A model generated the notes under the pieces. That model ran no database searches. It was given only the letters and a program-made list of their open reading frames with translations, and was not told the DNA's origin. DNA of 64,000 nucleotides, taken from assembly GCF_009914755.1 (NCBI RefSeq), contig NC_060937.1; one strand, written 5' to 3'. The translations under genes were made by a program, and so were the position numbers. This DNA is from the human T2T-CHM13v2.0 reference genome, Homo sapiens. This document shows, piece by piece, positions 28,167-42,182 of this stretch (position 1 is the first letter of the stretch; each line of letters opens with the position of its first letter).

Positions 28167-28657
28167 TGCATTAGTTTCCTATTGCTGCTTTTGCACATTA
28201 CCACAAAGTTAGTGGCTTAAAACAACACAAATTTTATTCTCTTCCAGTCCTGGAAGTCAGAAGTCAGAAATGTTTCAATATGCTAAAATCAAGGTGTTGG
28301 TGAGGCTGGGTCCTTCTGCAGGATCCGAGGGGATAATTCATATTCTTGCCTTTACCAGCTTCTAGTGGCTGTCTGTATTCCTTGGATTGTGAACACTTCC
28401 TCCATCTCCAAAGTAAATCACTCCAATCTCTGCTTCTATTATCCCACCACATTCTCCTCTCTTACATTTTATATAACCCTTATATAAAGAGGTTTTATAC
28501 TGGCCCACCTCAATAATCCAGGATAATTTCCATCTCAAGATTCTAAGCTTAATCATACACCTGCAATATCCCTTTGGCCATGTAAACTAACACATCCATA
28601 CATTCTGGGGATTAGGACATGAAGATCTTTGGTGGACCCATTATTTCGCCTACCACA
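28167..28657 (-). mobile_element. MLT1C/D solo LTR
   Basis: 'ttagtttcctattgctgc...accacaaagttagtggcttaaaacaacacaaa...ctggggattaggacatg...cctaccaca'. Confidence 0.85.
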
Positions 28658-28974
28658 TCTTATCAAAAGAGAAGTGCCAGAAATAATGAGGAATTCTAGT
28701 AAACTCCATATTTCTTAAGTAGCTCCATATCATGGCAAAAGCTGTTAAATAAAAGAGAGTTGTTTGAGAAAAGTTGTTAAATAAAGGAGAAACTCAGCCT
28801 TCCTTAGGTTAATGTTGTATAGATAAAACATTATTAATATAAATATATTTTATAGATTGTACACTTTTGCAAAGCAGATTGAAAGACTCTGAAGATTTGT
28901 CAGTGCCTTTGCTATTCACAGTATGTTCTTATGCCCAGAGAAAACATTGGTCAAACACTTAAGAAAGAATGATG

Positions 28975-29523
<549 letters not shown>

Positions 29524-29619
29524 TGGCTGTCATTTAGTCTTATCATCAAGAGATGATTTCTGCTTTTCCCACTTACTCACCTGAAAGCTTATGAGCCTCA
29601 AGATAGAAAATAAGTCTTT

Positions 29620-29930
<311 letters not shown>

Positions 29931-30309
29931 ATAGATCTTTGACAAAAACAGTCTTAGAGCCTGATGGAATGAACTAAACCAGGTACCCATAACTATTGAT
30001 ATTTTAAGAAATCAACTCATGAGTACAGGCTTTGGAGCCCAACTCAACATTACTTAGGCAATCATGAAGCTGTACTAGAGAACTCAGTCAGGATATCAAG
30101 GGTCTTTGTTAGTTCAGAAGCAGAGTACTTTCAGGAAAACCCGCAAGGCAGCAGAACAAGACATAAGTGAGAGCAGGATGTGCTGAACTGATGAGGGAAA
30201 TTTCACAAATTTCATTTCTTTGGAAATTCTTAGAATTATTCTTGATTCTCTACTGGTGCTTTAGGCTCCAAGGGTGGTGACAAGTCCACCATTAAAGAAT
30301 AAGGATTGT

Positions 30310-30447
30310 TGGTCTGGCACAGTGGCTCATGCCTGCAATACCAGAACTTTGGGAAGCCGACGTGGGAGGATCACTTGAGCCCAGGAAATCAAGACCAGCT
30401 CAAGCAATATAGCCAGATCTCATCTCTACCAAAGCTTAAAATAAAAA
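30310..30447 (+). mobile_element. FLAM/Alu monomer
   Basis: Monomer with TSD aataaggattgt. Confidence 0.85.
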
Positions 30448-31066
30448 TAATAAGGATTGTACTTCATATGTGGAAGCAATGCCCACACATTTTTCCTAGG
30501 AAATGGGCTGCTACCTGATCTGTGGCTATCTAGTTCCTAGACTTAAGGGAAGTAGAGTTAGGAAGCTTAGCCCAGATTGCTGGGATGTGGAGGAGGAAAG
30601 AAGCCAACCTAGTTATAGGCACTGCAGGGGACAGCTGTGAGGAAAATCTCTTTGGGTTGGTTTTCTAGTGTCAGAATATAAGAACTAATAAGGCTGTTTT
30701 GTTTAATCTTTAGAATAACAGAGGCTATTGAAAATGTCACCTGAGATTCTTTATGAAACTTCTAGACAGAAATTAATTCTCTGGTCTTATAATTGTTCAG
30801 CACCATGTAAGTCTAGATTGGTTAACCACACTCAGAGAGGCTCATATGTTTAATTAAGACATCTTACTCAGCCTATGTAAATTAATCAAGCCAAATCAAA
30901 AAGTAGCCAGCCTCTCTTTTTTGTGATCCAAAACAATCCTTAGGAACAATTTATGATCACCCTTTAAAACTCCCCTGCCCTGTGTTAAAAGACAGTGTGT
31001 TGTTGCTTAAGGTAAAATCATAATTCATACCAATATAAAATGAACACATATTAAAGATTTTATTTA

Positions 31067-31360
<294 letters not shown>

Positions 31361-32007
31361 TTATTTAATATATTAATTAGAGAACCAGCAACATATGCCA
31401 ATAGTGTCAAAAGAAAATTCAAAGAATTCCATATATGTAGGCAAAAAGAATGCTGAGACTAAATTACAAATAGATGCAAATTGGCTTCTTGGGGGTGGGG
31501 AATGAACAGAAAATCAATTATCTCTCTACTAGACACAACTCATTTGCATGTTTATGAATCAGAGTCATTTGAATTGCTAGTTATCAACAACTAACAGAGT
31601 TAAAAATAGTTCAAAGCCAACAATAGGTGGAGAGATACCCCAGAAAGGTGCACTAGATAGAATACTTGATCATTTATTTATTTAGCCCAATTCCAAGTCT
31701 TCCACAATCTTTTCCAACATCTATGATCCACGATTTCCCTCTTCTCAACTCTTTCTGGAGAGGGCTTCAAAGCACATCTTATGAAGTTTGGATTTCTCCT
31801 CCCTTTCCTCTAAACAGACTACTTAAGCCACATTAGTGCTAAGACATTGTGATAGGCGTACAACTTTCCCAATAGTTTCTTCACAGGTGAGTGTGGTTTC
31901 CCCAGGACTGCTTCTGAGGCCTCATTTACTCTTCCCATGGGGCTCCAGTTTACCAGCTCCCAGAAGACCCTGAATCTCAAAAAGAAAATATGGTATTGAC
32001 ATGAAAT

Positions 32008-33136
32008 TGTTACGGACCACCAGTTCTTGGGCCGTCAATACAATAGAAATTGAAATTAGGCCAAAAGAGTTTTCCCAGACAAGGCTTCATTGGAACTTAC
32101 GCCTGGGAATAAGAGAGGCAGCACAATAGAGAGAGAGAATTCCCTGATTTGACTCTCCAAAAAGAGCCAGTTGGGATTTTTTATTAGGCAAAGTGCGGGA
32201 ATTGACATCGGGGTAGGGTATACTGGCTGGGCTGGGCAAAGCACAGGACAGGTAGGAGATGCAGGTCAGCAGATCTGGTTGCCATGGTTATCTTGAGTAA
32301 CGGGCTACCTGGTGGTCTGGCTGGAGGCAACAAGGCTATAAATTAATTGTTGAAACCCTGTCTCTACTAAAAATACAAAAATTAGCTGGGTGTGGTGGCA
32401 CATGCCTGTTCTCTCATCTACTCCAGTGGCTGAGGCATGAGAATCACTTGAACCCAGGAGGCAAAGGTTGCAGTGAGCCAAGAGCATGCCACTGCATTCC
32501 AGCTTGGGCAACTGAGCAAGACTCTGCCTCAAAATAATAATAATTGTTGAGCATTCCTTCTCAAGGTAGGACATTCCACAACCTTGGTTCAAAATTTTGG
32601 ATCTTGGCTGGGCACGGTGGCTCACACCTGCAATCCCAGCACTTTGGGAGGCCAAAGTGGGTGGATTACTTGAGATCAGGAGTTCAAGACAAGCCTGGCC
32701 AACATGGTGAAACTCCGTCTCTACAAAATACAAAATAATTAGCTGTGCTTGATGGTAAGTGCCCTTAATCCCAGCTGCTTGGGAGGCTGAGGCAGGAGAA
32801 TCACTTGAACCCAGGAGACGGAGGATGCAGTTAGCCGAGATTGCACCACTGCACTCCAGCCTGGGCAAAAGAGCAAGACTCTGCCTCAAAAAGAAAGAAA
32901 TTGGATCTCCTAAGGCCCGTTCCTGGAATTTTTTTAAGTAAAAGGTATGGTTAAACATTACGAGAGCAAAGAAGAACAATGTAGAATGGTTATTTTCTTT
33001 GTATGACTAAAGCCTCAGGATTAACAGGTATGGTGTCAGCAAGGTAGTGGTGTGGGTTTTGTGATGAATGGGAATGCTTGAAAGAATTCTCTAGTGGAGG
33101 TGAGCTGAAGCAACGTCCTGTTTCTATTCTGTCTCA
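32008..33136 (-). mobile_element. ERV1 solo LTR (MER66-like) carrying two Alus (32353-32543 5'-truncated; 32606-32900 full)
   Basis: Reverse complement begins 'tgagacagaatagaaacaggacgttgcttcagctcacctccactagagaattc'; TG..CA ends; Alu TSDs taattgttga and ttggatct. Confidence 0.7.
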
Positions 33137-34209
33137 GAATAACAAGTCCCTTAATCAGGTCTGAAAGGCAGCTCCTGTCTTCCATTGTGGAAAAGAATAA
33201 AACTTAGTGTTACTGTTAATAATTTAGCCCCATCCGACCAGCTACCCAATTAGACAGGCATCCTTGGGGTTGGGCCACTCAAAGGTACCTGGTTTGCAAA
33301 CTCTGGATGGACAAAGTCCCTCCTATTCAGGAAACTGGCCTTTTCTCCAGGATCTCCCCAGAAAGAGAATCTTTAGCTCTGTGCCACATCTCTGTCCTAA
33401 GGTACTTCCTTTTGTTCTCTATGAGCTATTTGAAAAGCTACCTTCTATTTCAATGATGTTAGGCTCTGAAGGCAAGGTTTGTTATCAGCCGAAGTCATCT
33501 TCAATCCCTTAAAGGCTTCACTGAGACATATGCAAATGTATGCAAATGAGGTACTCCACGGATTAATTAAAATAAAATCTAATAGCCTTAAATAGACACC
33601 AAATAATGGTCCTAGGAGAGGCAATTAATTCTATTGTTTACAACCACTCCCTGTTAGCTGTTTTTTCCCCCAAATGTAGAGGGAAATCATTTCCTTAGCT
33701 TCTCTACCAGAAAGACAAAAATCATGGCATTTATTATCTGCCTCAATGTTGTCTGTAACATAGCCAAACAACTGATATTAACAAGAGGAAAAATAGTTCA
33801 GAAATGGGTCCACAACTTATGAGGCTTCTCAGAGTCTGGCCACTGCCCACCTCATGAGTCTCATTTCATATCCTAAGCCCTTCCCACAACTCTGAGCAAC
33901 TTCTGCACCAAATTTCCTTCAGTTTCACAAGCCTACCAAGGCTGGGTCCTCTTTCAGGAGTGATATGCTGTTCCCTCTGCCAGACAGAAGGCAATGGTGT
34001 CACCCTCAGGAGCACACAACCCCAGTAGGGAAAGAGACAAGCAAGCAGATGACTATACAATCCCAGGCCATGAGCGCAGGGATAAAAATGTGGGTAGAAC
34101 ACTTTAGGCAGGTTAGAAGCACCTGTGGCCCAAGGCAGAGGGGTCAAGGAAGAGCATGAAAGAAGTTACACTTGAGCTGAGGACTGAGAGACTAGAAGGC
34201 TAGTCCTGG

Positions 34210-35023
34210 TGATATGGACAGGAGGCAGGGAAATACTAGGTCGAAAAGGGTGTGGTCCCTGGCAAGGGCTCCGCCCTCAAGCCTGAACCCATGGCCCTAA
34301 GTAAGAACATTCATTCCTGTTTTCCCACCCAAATGGTGCCTGGCCTGCTGTGCCCCCCATCTTGTACCCATAAAACCCCCAGTTTCCACTGGCAGAAGGG
34401 CAGCAGAGCAGCAGAGCAACAGAGCAGCACAGTGGTGTAGCAGAGCAGTAGAAAAGAAAAGAAGCATCTAAAGGTCAGGAGAAGCAGCAGCTGGACATCA
34501 GACACTACTGTTGGAGAGAGGTTCAGCTGCGGACGATCAGAAAGGGGTTCCCCAGAGAGGAGAAGACCACCTTCCCACTCCATCCCCTTTCCAGCTCCTC
34601 ATCCTGCTGAGAGCCACTTCCACCCTCAGTAAAATCCTCTGAATTCACCACCCTCAAATTTGTTCATGTGACCTCATTCCTCCTGGACATTGGACAAAGA
34701 CCTGGGTGCAGGTGCGAAGGGCTGTCACACTGACCCTCCACTGAGCTATTTAACACTTAAGCCATCCACGGATGACAAAGCTAAAGGAGCACACTGTAAC
34801 ATACATCTTCTGGGGCTCCAGGGGTCACAGGCAACCCCTAGACGCTGCCATGGGGCCACACAGAGTTCCACTCCTGCCAGCACCCAGTAGCATTCATCCC
34901 AGCCTCTGTACCTGCTCACCTGCATGCTTCCCCTCCCGCAAAGGGTTTGAAAGCTGTGGGCTGATTAAGCAAGCCACCGCTTCACAAGTCCTACAAGGGG
35001 GTCAAGGGAACTATCCCATCTTA
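34210..35023 (+). mobile_element. LTR1-family solo LTR (HUERS-P2 type)
   Basis: 'tgatatggacaggaggcagggaaatact...gggtcaagggaactatcccatctta' with 4-bp TSD ctgg. Confidence 0.85.
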
Positions 35024-35084
35024 CTGGCAGAGACCTAAAATATATAATTTTATGGGTTGTATTTGAAGGAACTACTAGGAGTGA

Positions 35085-35590
35085 TGTCACTGGTAAACTG
35101 AGTTCTTTCCCTACTTTGTGTGGGCTGCAAATAAAGAACACCCAATTGGAACAAAAGGCAAGCATGTTTTATTTCTGTCCAGAAATGGAGAAGTAGTGAA
35201 CTTTCACTCTAAAGACCCCTACTCTCCAAACAACAGAAGGCATGGAATTTTTTATGACTTGGTACAGGGAGAGCAGAGGAGTGTTAGCATGTTCAGGGCA
35301 GGGTGCCAGGCACACAAGCTCAATTCATAAACATATATCTTTATGCAACCCATGTATATAAAATTGTGGAGATTTTCATTTTGGAGAGGGAATTTCAGCA
35401 CTATAATGATATGGTAATGATCCAAAGACAACTAGAAGTCATCTATTCCAGTTTGGGTTGGTTTGGGGGTCTTATCTCCCCCTGGTATCCAGTCAGGGGT
35501 CATGAAGCCCTGGCACCATGCCAGGTCATCTGGTTTCTTTAAGCAGCTGTGCCTATAAATAAGGGACTAAAGGAAAACAGGAAGAAAAAG
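35085..35590 (-). mobile_element. ERV1-like LTR fragment, unassigned
   Basis: 'tgtcactgg...ttttattt...ttcataaacatatatctttatgc...catgtatataaaattgtggag' resembles an antisense LTR. Confidence 0.45.
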
Positions 35591-35599
35591 AACCAGGGA

Positions 35600-36330
35600 A
35601 GCCCTGGTGAAACAAAGTATAAGGCCAGAAGAGACAAGAAATGAGCCTCAAGAGGTGGAGAGGCAGGCCCTGGAGGACTGAGTTTGTCATGGTAAGGAGC
35701 TTGCATTTGGTCCATTTTGAGAAAAGAAGCCTTTAGTGGATGAGTAATGAAATAAGCTTTTCATCTGGCATCACGATCTCCCATCTGCATTTCCACAAAA
35801 GGGGAAAAGAGGGCAAAGACTAAAGGGAGTGGCTCCTGGAATGGAGGCTGTTAACAGCAATAACTGAGACTGACTGTGGTGGCTTTGACTGAAGTAACGG
35901 CAGGATCAAGAGAGGGGATGGGGGACACATTTTAGAGACATTAAGGATGGAGAGAATCAACTGGACTTGGTTAATTTGAATGGAGAAGGTTCTGGAATGA
36001 GAAAGAAGTAAGGGTCCAAGTCAACTCCCAGTTTTTGTTGGGCAACTCTGCACATATTGGCATTCTGCACTGAGCTAGTAGCACACAGACAGGATTTGGG
36101 GAGGAAATATTGAGTACAATATTGTATCTATTGGGAAATAAGTGCCTGATGTTAAGCAGGCCTGGTGCTTGGATGGTTATGTGGAGTATGAGTTTAAGGG
36201 GACATAGTAGCAGGGAAAAGGAGACCCCTTAAGAAGGGAGCTGCTAGTGCAGGAAAAAGATGATGGCTGAAATGGGGCAGTGACAGCAGGGACTAAGTGA
36301 CAGATTCAAGGAGCATTTAGGAGGTAAAAT
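35600..36330 (-). mobile_element. L2 fragments, antisense
   Basis: 'agagacattaaggatggagagaatcaactggacttggttaatt...gtcaactcccagttttt' L2 signature. Confidence 0.6.
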
Positions 36331-36569
36331 GTTTCGTTCCCCTTCATTCTCTACTATTCAAAATTATACACAAGCCCAAAACTATGTTAATTGCTTTTAT
36401 GGAATGAGTTATCACAAACTAGAAAATTGTGCATGGTGAAGACTTTGGCTTATGTTTTTAATTTCCTTTTTCCCTTCTGATATCTAGAGTCTTCTCAACG
36501 TTAATACAAGAAATGAATCAAAGAAATGTTCCAGCCCTCTCATTTTGTGGGAGTAATGGGGTGATTTAC

Positions 36570-37019
36570 TGACAAAGATTCTTTGCTTGACCAAACTTTA
36601 GCCACATTCTTGAACCTTCTACTAGGCCCATTTGTGTACTTTGTTGTAAAGCCCAGTTTTAGCAGGAACTGTTTAAGTCAGCTTAGCATGAACCTCCATA
36701 CTCCACATATGATCACCTCCTACATCCTCACCCTGCACCATCCCCCAGTGATGTCTAATCAGCCTCGCCTGCCTTCAGCAAGAATCCAGTCCAGTCAACT
36801 TAGCAAGAATTTCCCTTCCCCCCTGAAATTTCCTCTTAGTAGTTGTCCATCCACTGACCCCTCATCCTGCTTCTTGGCTATAAATTCCACATTCCCCTGC
36901 TGTATTTGGAATTAAGCCCAGTTCTATACTGAGGTCTCTTGTTCCCTACCACTATGGCCCTGAATAAAATCTGTTTTCTACTACTTTAAGAATTATCAAG
37001 CTCTATTTTTCCTTTGACA
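36570..37019 (+). mobile_element. MER31-like solo LTR
   Basis: 'tgacaaagattctttgcttgaccaaactttag...ggctataaat...tgaataaaat...tttgaca'. Confidence 0.75.
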
Positions 37020-37048
37020 TAACCCAAGTCCCACAGTTAGTCAGTGGC

Positions 37049-39337
37049 TGATATGGTTTGGCTGTGTCCCCACCAAAATCTCACCTTGGATTGTAATAAT
37101 CCCCACATGTCAGGGGCAGGCTAGGTGGAGATAATTGAATCATGGGGGCAGTTTCCCCCATACTGTTCTCTCATTAATGAATACATCTCATGAGATCTCA
37201 TGGTTTTATAAATGGGAGTTCCCCTGTACAAGCTCTCTTGCCTGCTGCCATGTAAGATGTGACTTTTCACCTTATTCACCTTTTGCCATGATTGTAAGGC
37301 CTCCCCAGCCAATTGGAACTGTAAGTCCATTATATCTCTTTCCTTTATAAATTACCCAGTCTCGGATGTCTTTATTAGCAGCATGAGAACAGACCAATAC
37401 TGTAAATTGGTACTAGGTAGTGGGGCTCTGCCATAAATATACCCAAAAATGTGGAATCAACTTTGGAACTGGGTAACAGTCAGTTACCCAGTACCTCCAA
37501 CAGGTAAGTATGTTGGAGGGCTCAGAAGAAGACAGAAAAATTTGGCAAAGTTTGGAACTTCCTAGAGACTTTGGAAGGCTCAAAACACAGGAAGATGTGG
37601 GAAAGTTTGGAACTCTCTAGAGATTTGTTGAATGGCTTTAACCAAAATGCTCATAGTGACATAAACAATAAAGTCCAGGTTGAGGTGGTCTCAGATGGAG
37701 ATGGGGAACGTGTTGGGACCTGGAGTAAAGGTCTCTTGCTATGCAAAGAGACTGGCAGCTTTTTGCTCCTGCCCCAGACATATGTAGAACTTTGAACTTG
37801 AGAGAGATGATTTAGGGTATCTGGAGGAAGAAATTTCTAAGCAGCAAAGGGTTCAAGAGGAAGCACAGCATAAAAGTTTGGAAAATTTACAGCTTGACTA
37901 TGTGATAGAAAAGAAAAACCCATTTTCAGGGAAGAAATTCAAGCTGGCTGCAGAAATTTGCATAAGTAATGAGTAACTGAATGTTAATGACCAAGACAAT
38001 GGGAAAAATGTCTCCAGGGCATGTCAGATACCTTCACAGCAACCCCTCCCATCATAGGCCCAGAGGCCTAGGAGGGAAAATTGGTTTCATGGACTGGGCC
38101 CAGGGCCCCGCTGCTGTGTGTAGCCTCAGGCCTTGATACCCTGTGTCCCAGCTGCTCCAGCCGGGGCTAAAAGGAGCCAACATTAGAACTCAGGCCATTG
38201 CTTCAGAGGGTGCAAGCCCCAAGACTTGGCAGCTTCCATGTGGTGCTGGGCTTTCAGGTATGCAGAAAACAAGAATTGAGGTTTGGGAACCTCCACCTAG
38301 ATTTCAGAGGATGTTTGGAAATGTCTGGATGTCCAGGCAAAAGTCTACCTGGAGGAGTAGAGTCTCCCTGGAGGAGTAAAGCCCTCATGGAGAGCTCTGC
38401 TAGGGAAATGCAGAAAAGAAATGTGTGGTTGGAGCCCCCACACAGAGTCCCCACTAGGGCACTCCCTAGTGGAGCTGTGAGAAGAGGACCACTGTTCTCC
38501 AGATCCCAGAATGGTACATCCAGTGATAGCTTGCACCATGCACCTGGAAAAGCTGCAGACATTCAACACCAGCCCATGAAAGCAGCTAGCAGGGGGATTG
38601 TACCCTGCAAAGCCACCACGGCAGACCTACCCAAGGCCATGGGAGCCCACCTCTTGCATCGGCGTGACCTAGATGTGAGATATGGAGTCAAAGGAGATCA
38701 TTTCAAAGCTTTAAGATTTGATCGCCTCACCGGATTTCAGACTTGCATGAGACCTGTAGCCCTTTCGTTTTGGCCAATTTCCTCCATTTGGGATCAGTGT
38801 ATTTACCCAATGCCAGTACCCCCATTGTATCTAGGAAGTACTTGCTTTTGATTTTACAGGCTTATAGGTAGAAGGGCCATGCCTTGTCCTAGATAAGACT
38901 TTGGACTGTGGACATTTGGGTTAATGCTGAAATGAGTTAAGACTTTGGGGGACTGTTGGGAAGGCAGGGAGGGTCAGGGATGGAATGATGTGGTTTGGCT
39001 ATGTCCCCACCCAAATCTCACCTTGAATTGTAATAATCTCCACATGTCAAGGATGGGCAAGGTGGAGGTAACTGAATCATGGGGGCAGTTTCCCCTATAC
39101 CGTTCTCCTAGTAGTAAATAAGTTCTGTGATATCTGATGGTTTTATAAATGGGAGTTCCCCTGCACAAGCTCTCTTGCCTGTTGCCATGTAAGATGTCAC
39201 TTCGCTTCTCATTCCCCTCCACCATGATTGTGAGGCTTCCCCAGCCATGTGGAACTATAAGTTAATTAAACCTCTTTCTTTTATAAATGACCCAGTCTTG
39301 GGTATGCTTTTATTAGCAGCATGAGAAGACTAATACA
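37049..39337 (+). mobile_element. Complete THE1 (THE1C-like) MaLR: 5' LTR 37049-37401, internal region, 3' LTR 38986-39337
   Basis: Two LTRs starting TGATA/GTGGTTTGGCT, ~1.6-kb MaLR internal region, perfect 5-bp TSD gtggc (37044-48; 39338-42). Confidence 0.95.
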
Positions 39338-40716
39338 GTGGCAAAGCTGGAGCTGGAATACCTTCTGGCTTCTGCTGCTGTACTCTTTCCACCACACTGC
39401 ACCTCTGCTGGTCTCTCAGCTTTGCATTTGCTTGTAAATATTTAAACAGCCCTGGAAAGATCTACAGAACATCAGAGAAACCACACTTTAAACAATCCAT
39501 TCTTATCCCCAAAGGTACATTAGAGCTAAAATCATAAAATTAATAGATACTTCCTTACCCAGGATCAATATATTTCCTAGCTGAGATGAGTGATTGTTTT
39601 TGGACAGAACATAAGGGGCTCCAGAGGAGTGAGTGCAGCTAGAAAAGGTGTTGATGATAGAAAAGCAAAATTAGGGGAGGTTAGAGAGCCTTCAATGCAA
39701 CATGAGGGGCAGAGGCCAGCTTTAGCCAAGCTAATCCTTAAAACATGTGTGATGGCATGCCCCAGAAAGGGGTGGAAATGGGAAATTACTATTGAGACTA
39801 AGAACTCTGAGTCTGAAAACTTTCAGGAAACCCAGTTCCCTACTCCAGCACTTCTAGCTGTGCTCTGACATGGGATCAACAGCTTTATCAGATAATGTTT
39901 AGTTGATTAACCTTATGTGATTGTCCGCAGACCAAAATAGGAATCCACAAGGACCTGACATTCTAAAGAAAAACTTGGAATCAAAAGAGAAAAGGGGATG
40001 CCCAAGTAATTTGGCCTTAGTTTAGGAGTAAAACCACATAATGTATATAGGCTATACAGATCCCTAAAACAAGTCAGTTTTATTCAAATTATTTTATCAT
40101 GAAATGAGAAAATCTTAAATTGCCATACTAATTAATACAATGAATCTAAGCTAAAATGTCATATTCTCTACGAGTGACTTGCATCTTCAAACTATGTCAA
40201 GAACAAGTGTTCACTAAATGCATTTTTAGAAGCTTTTTTTATGTGGAAGTGAAATACCATATACAGTATTTCCATGGTAACTATTTTCTTACTGAATGGA
40301 AATAGCATAATCAACATTTAAGAACTTCTATTTCCTGAAATGTTCATCTTATATGAATGTCAGTTGCATTCATAAGTTACATGTAGTCTCCTTTTAATTA
40401 AAATTATTTTTTTAATTTAGTATCTATGTAATGAAAAAAATGATGGGGTATTTTTGTTGCTCTGTTGTTTATAAAATATATTCCTGACTACTTGAATATT
40501 TTGATATAACAACTAAGCATACCTCTTTTCCTCACATTGTTGAGAATTTGGAGCTTTCAAATAGATAACTCAGTCACTATATCTCTTAGATATATTTGGT
40601 AAACACTACAAATAAATACTTTCTCTGTATTAAAAGATAATTTTCAGAAAAAGATAAAATCACATCTTTCATACATATACAAAAATGAGTACGTGTTAAG
40701 CATTTTTATTTTTTTC

Positions 40717-41008
40717 TGCCTGGGTGTGGTGGCTTACATCTGTAATCGCAACACTTTGGGAGGTTGAGGCAGGTGGATTGTTTGAGCCTAGGAGTTCCAG
40801 ACCAAGCCTGGGCAACATGGTGAAACCTTGCCTCTACAAAAAAATACAAAAATTAGCCAGGTATGGTTGTGCAAGCCTATAGTCTGAGGAACTGGGGAGG
40901 CTGAGGCAGGAGAATTGCTTGAGCCTGGGAAGCGGAGGTTGCGGTCAACTGAGACTGCACCACTGCACTCCAACCTGGGCGACAGAGCAAGACCCTGTCT
41001 CAAAAAAA
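40717..41008 (+). mobile_element. Alu (J/early S-like)
   Basis: Dimeric Alu body with short tail. Confidence 0.92.
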
Positions 41009-41037
41009 TTTTTTTTCTTCATTATTAGAGAACCAGA

Positions 41038-41485
41038 TGTCAAAATCTTGCTCCTTGACCAAACCTTAGTCAGGCTTCTCTAAGCCTCTTTTCCACTAGG
41101 TCTCAACTTTGATTCCCCATCCTTGCCAGACCTTTATAACCCAATTTTAGTGAAATTAGAATTCTTCTAAGTCAGTTTCGAGAGAATCCCAAAATATACT
41201 GGATAATCCTCGATCTCTGATCACCCTGGCCTGCCTTTAGTAACATTCCTGTCAAGTTGGTTTTGCAAAAATCCCCCCGACCCTTGATGTCTCCTCTTAG
41301 TACATTTTCCATCCCATTGGCCCCTCACTCTGCTCATTGACTATAAATCCCTGGCTGTCTTTATTGTATTCAGAGTTGAGCCCAATCCCTCTCCCCTATT
41401 GAGATAGTCTCCACATCTTTTGAAATAGTCCTGAATGAAGTCTTCTTACTGTTTAACAAGTCTCAGAATAATGTTTTCTTTAGCA
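41038..41485 (+). mobile_element. MER31-like solo LTR immediately upstream of HERV-H
   Basis: 'ctccttgaccaaaccttagtcaggc...cccttgatgtctcctcttagt...ctataaat...' homologous to 36570-37019. Confidence 0.75.
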
Positions 41486-41630
41486 CAGGCAGATGTTATA
41501 AACAGTTCAAATGAAAAGTTGAGGCTGACTCTCTTCGGACTCAGCCCGCCTGCACCCAGGTGAAATAAACAGCCATGTTGCTCACACAAAGCCTGTTTGG
41601 TGGTCTCTTCACACGGACGCGTATGAAATT

Positions 41631-41648
41631 TGGTGCCGTGACTCGGAT
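41631..41648 (+). other. Primer-binding site complementary to tRNA-His
   Basis: TGGTGCCGTGACTCGGAT directly after U5. Confidence 0.95.
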
Positions 41649-41771
41649 CGGGGGACCTCCCTTGGGAGATCTATCCCCCGTCCTCCTGCTCTTTGCTCCA
41701 TGAGAAAGATCCACCTACGACCTCAGGTCCTCAGACCAACCAGCCCAGGAAACATCTCACCAATTTCAAAT

Positions 41772-41780
41772 CCGGTAAGC
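41772..41780 (+). other. HERV-H major splice donor (retained, so the copied RNA was unspliced here)
   Basis: ccg|GTAAGC about 125 nt after the PBS. Confidence 0.8.
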
Positions 41781-41819
41781 GGCCTCTTTTTACTCTCTTC
41801 TCCAACCTCCCTCACTATC

Positions 41820-42011
41820 CCTCAACCCCTTCTCCTTCACCCTCAGCGGCAAGTCCCGCTTTCCTGGGACAGGGGCAAGTACCCCTCAACCCCTTCTCCT
41901 TCACCCTCAGCGGCAAGTCCTGCTTTCCTGGGGCAGGGGCAAGTACCCCTCAACCCCTTCTCCTTCACCCTCAGCAGCAAGTCCCGCTTTCCTAGGGGGC
42001 AAGAACCCCCC
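41820..42011 (+). repeat. 64-bp tandem repeat x3 in the HERV-H leader
   Basis: 'ctcaaccccttctccttcaccctcagc' recurs at 41821, 41885 and 41949. Confidence 0.9.
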
Positions 42012-42182
42012 AATCACTTATTTCTGCACCCCAACCTCTTATCTCTGCGCCCCAATCCCTTATTTCCGCACCCTGACCTCTTATTTCCGTGCCCCAACCC
42101 CTTCTCTGCTTTTCTGGAGGGCAAGAACCCCCCACCCCTTCTCCGTGTCTCTACTCTTTTCTCTGGGCTTGCCTCCTTCACT

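Noticed and set aside
32305-32979. Longest ORF (224 aa, minus strand) and similar '[13 protein letters not shown]' ORFs
   Set aside because: Translations of antisense Alu sequence, not genes.
38198-38851. 217-aa ORF
   Set aside because: Lies within the THE1 internal region; a MaLR relic frame with no evidence of a host gene.
41631-41648. tRNA-His gene fragment
   Set aside because: Only the 18-nt retroviral primer-binding site.
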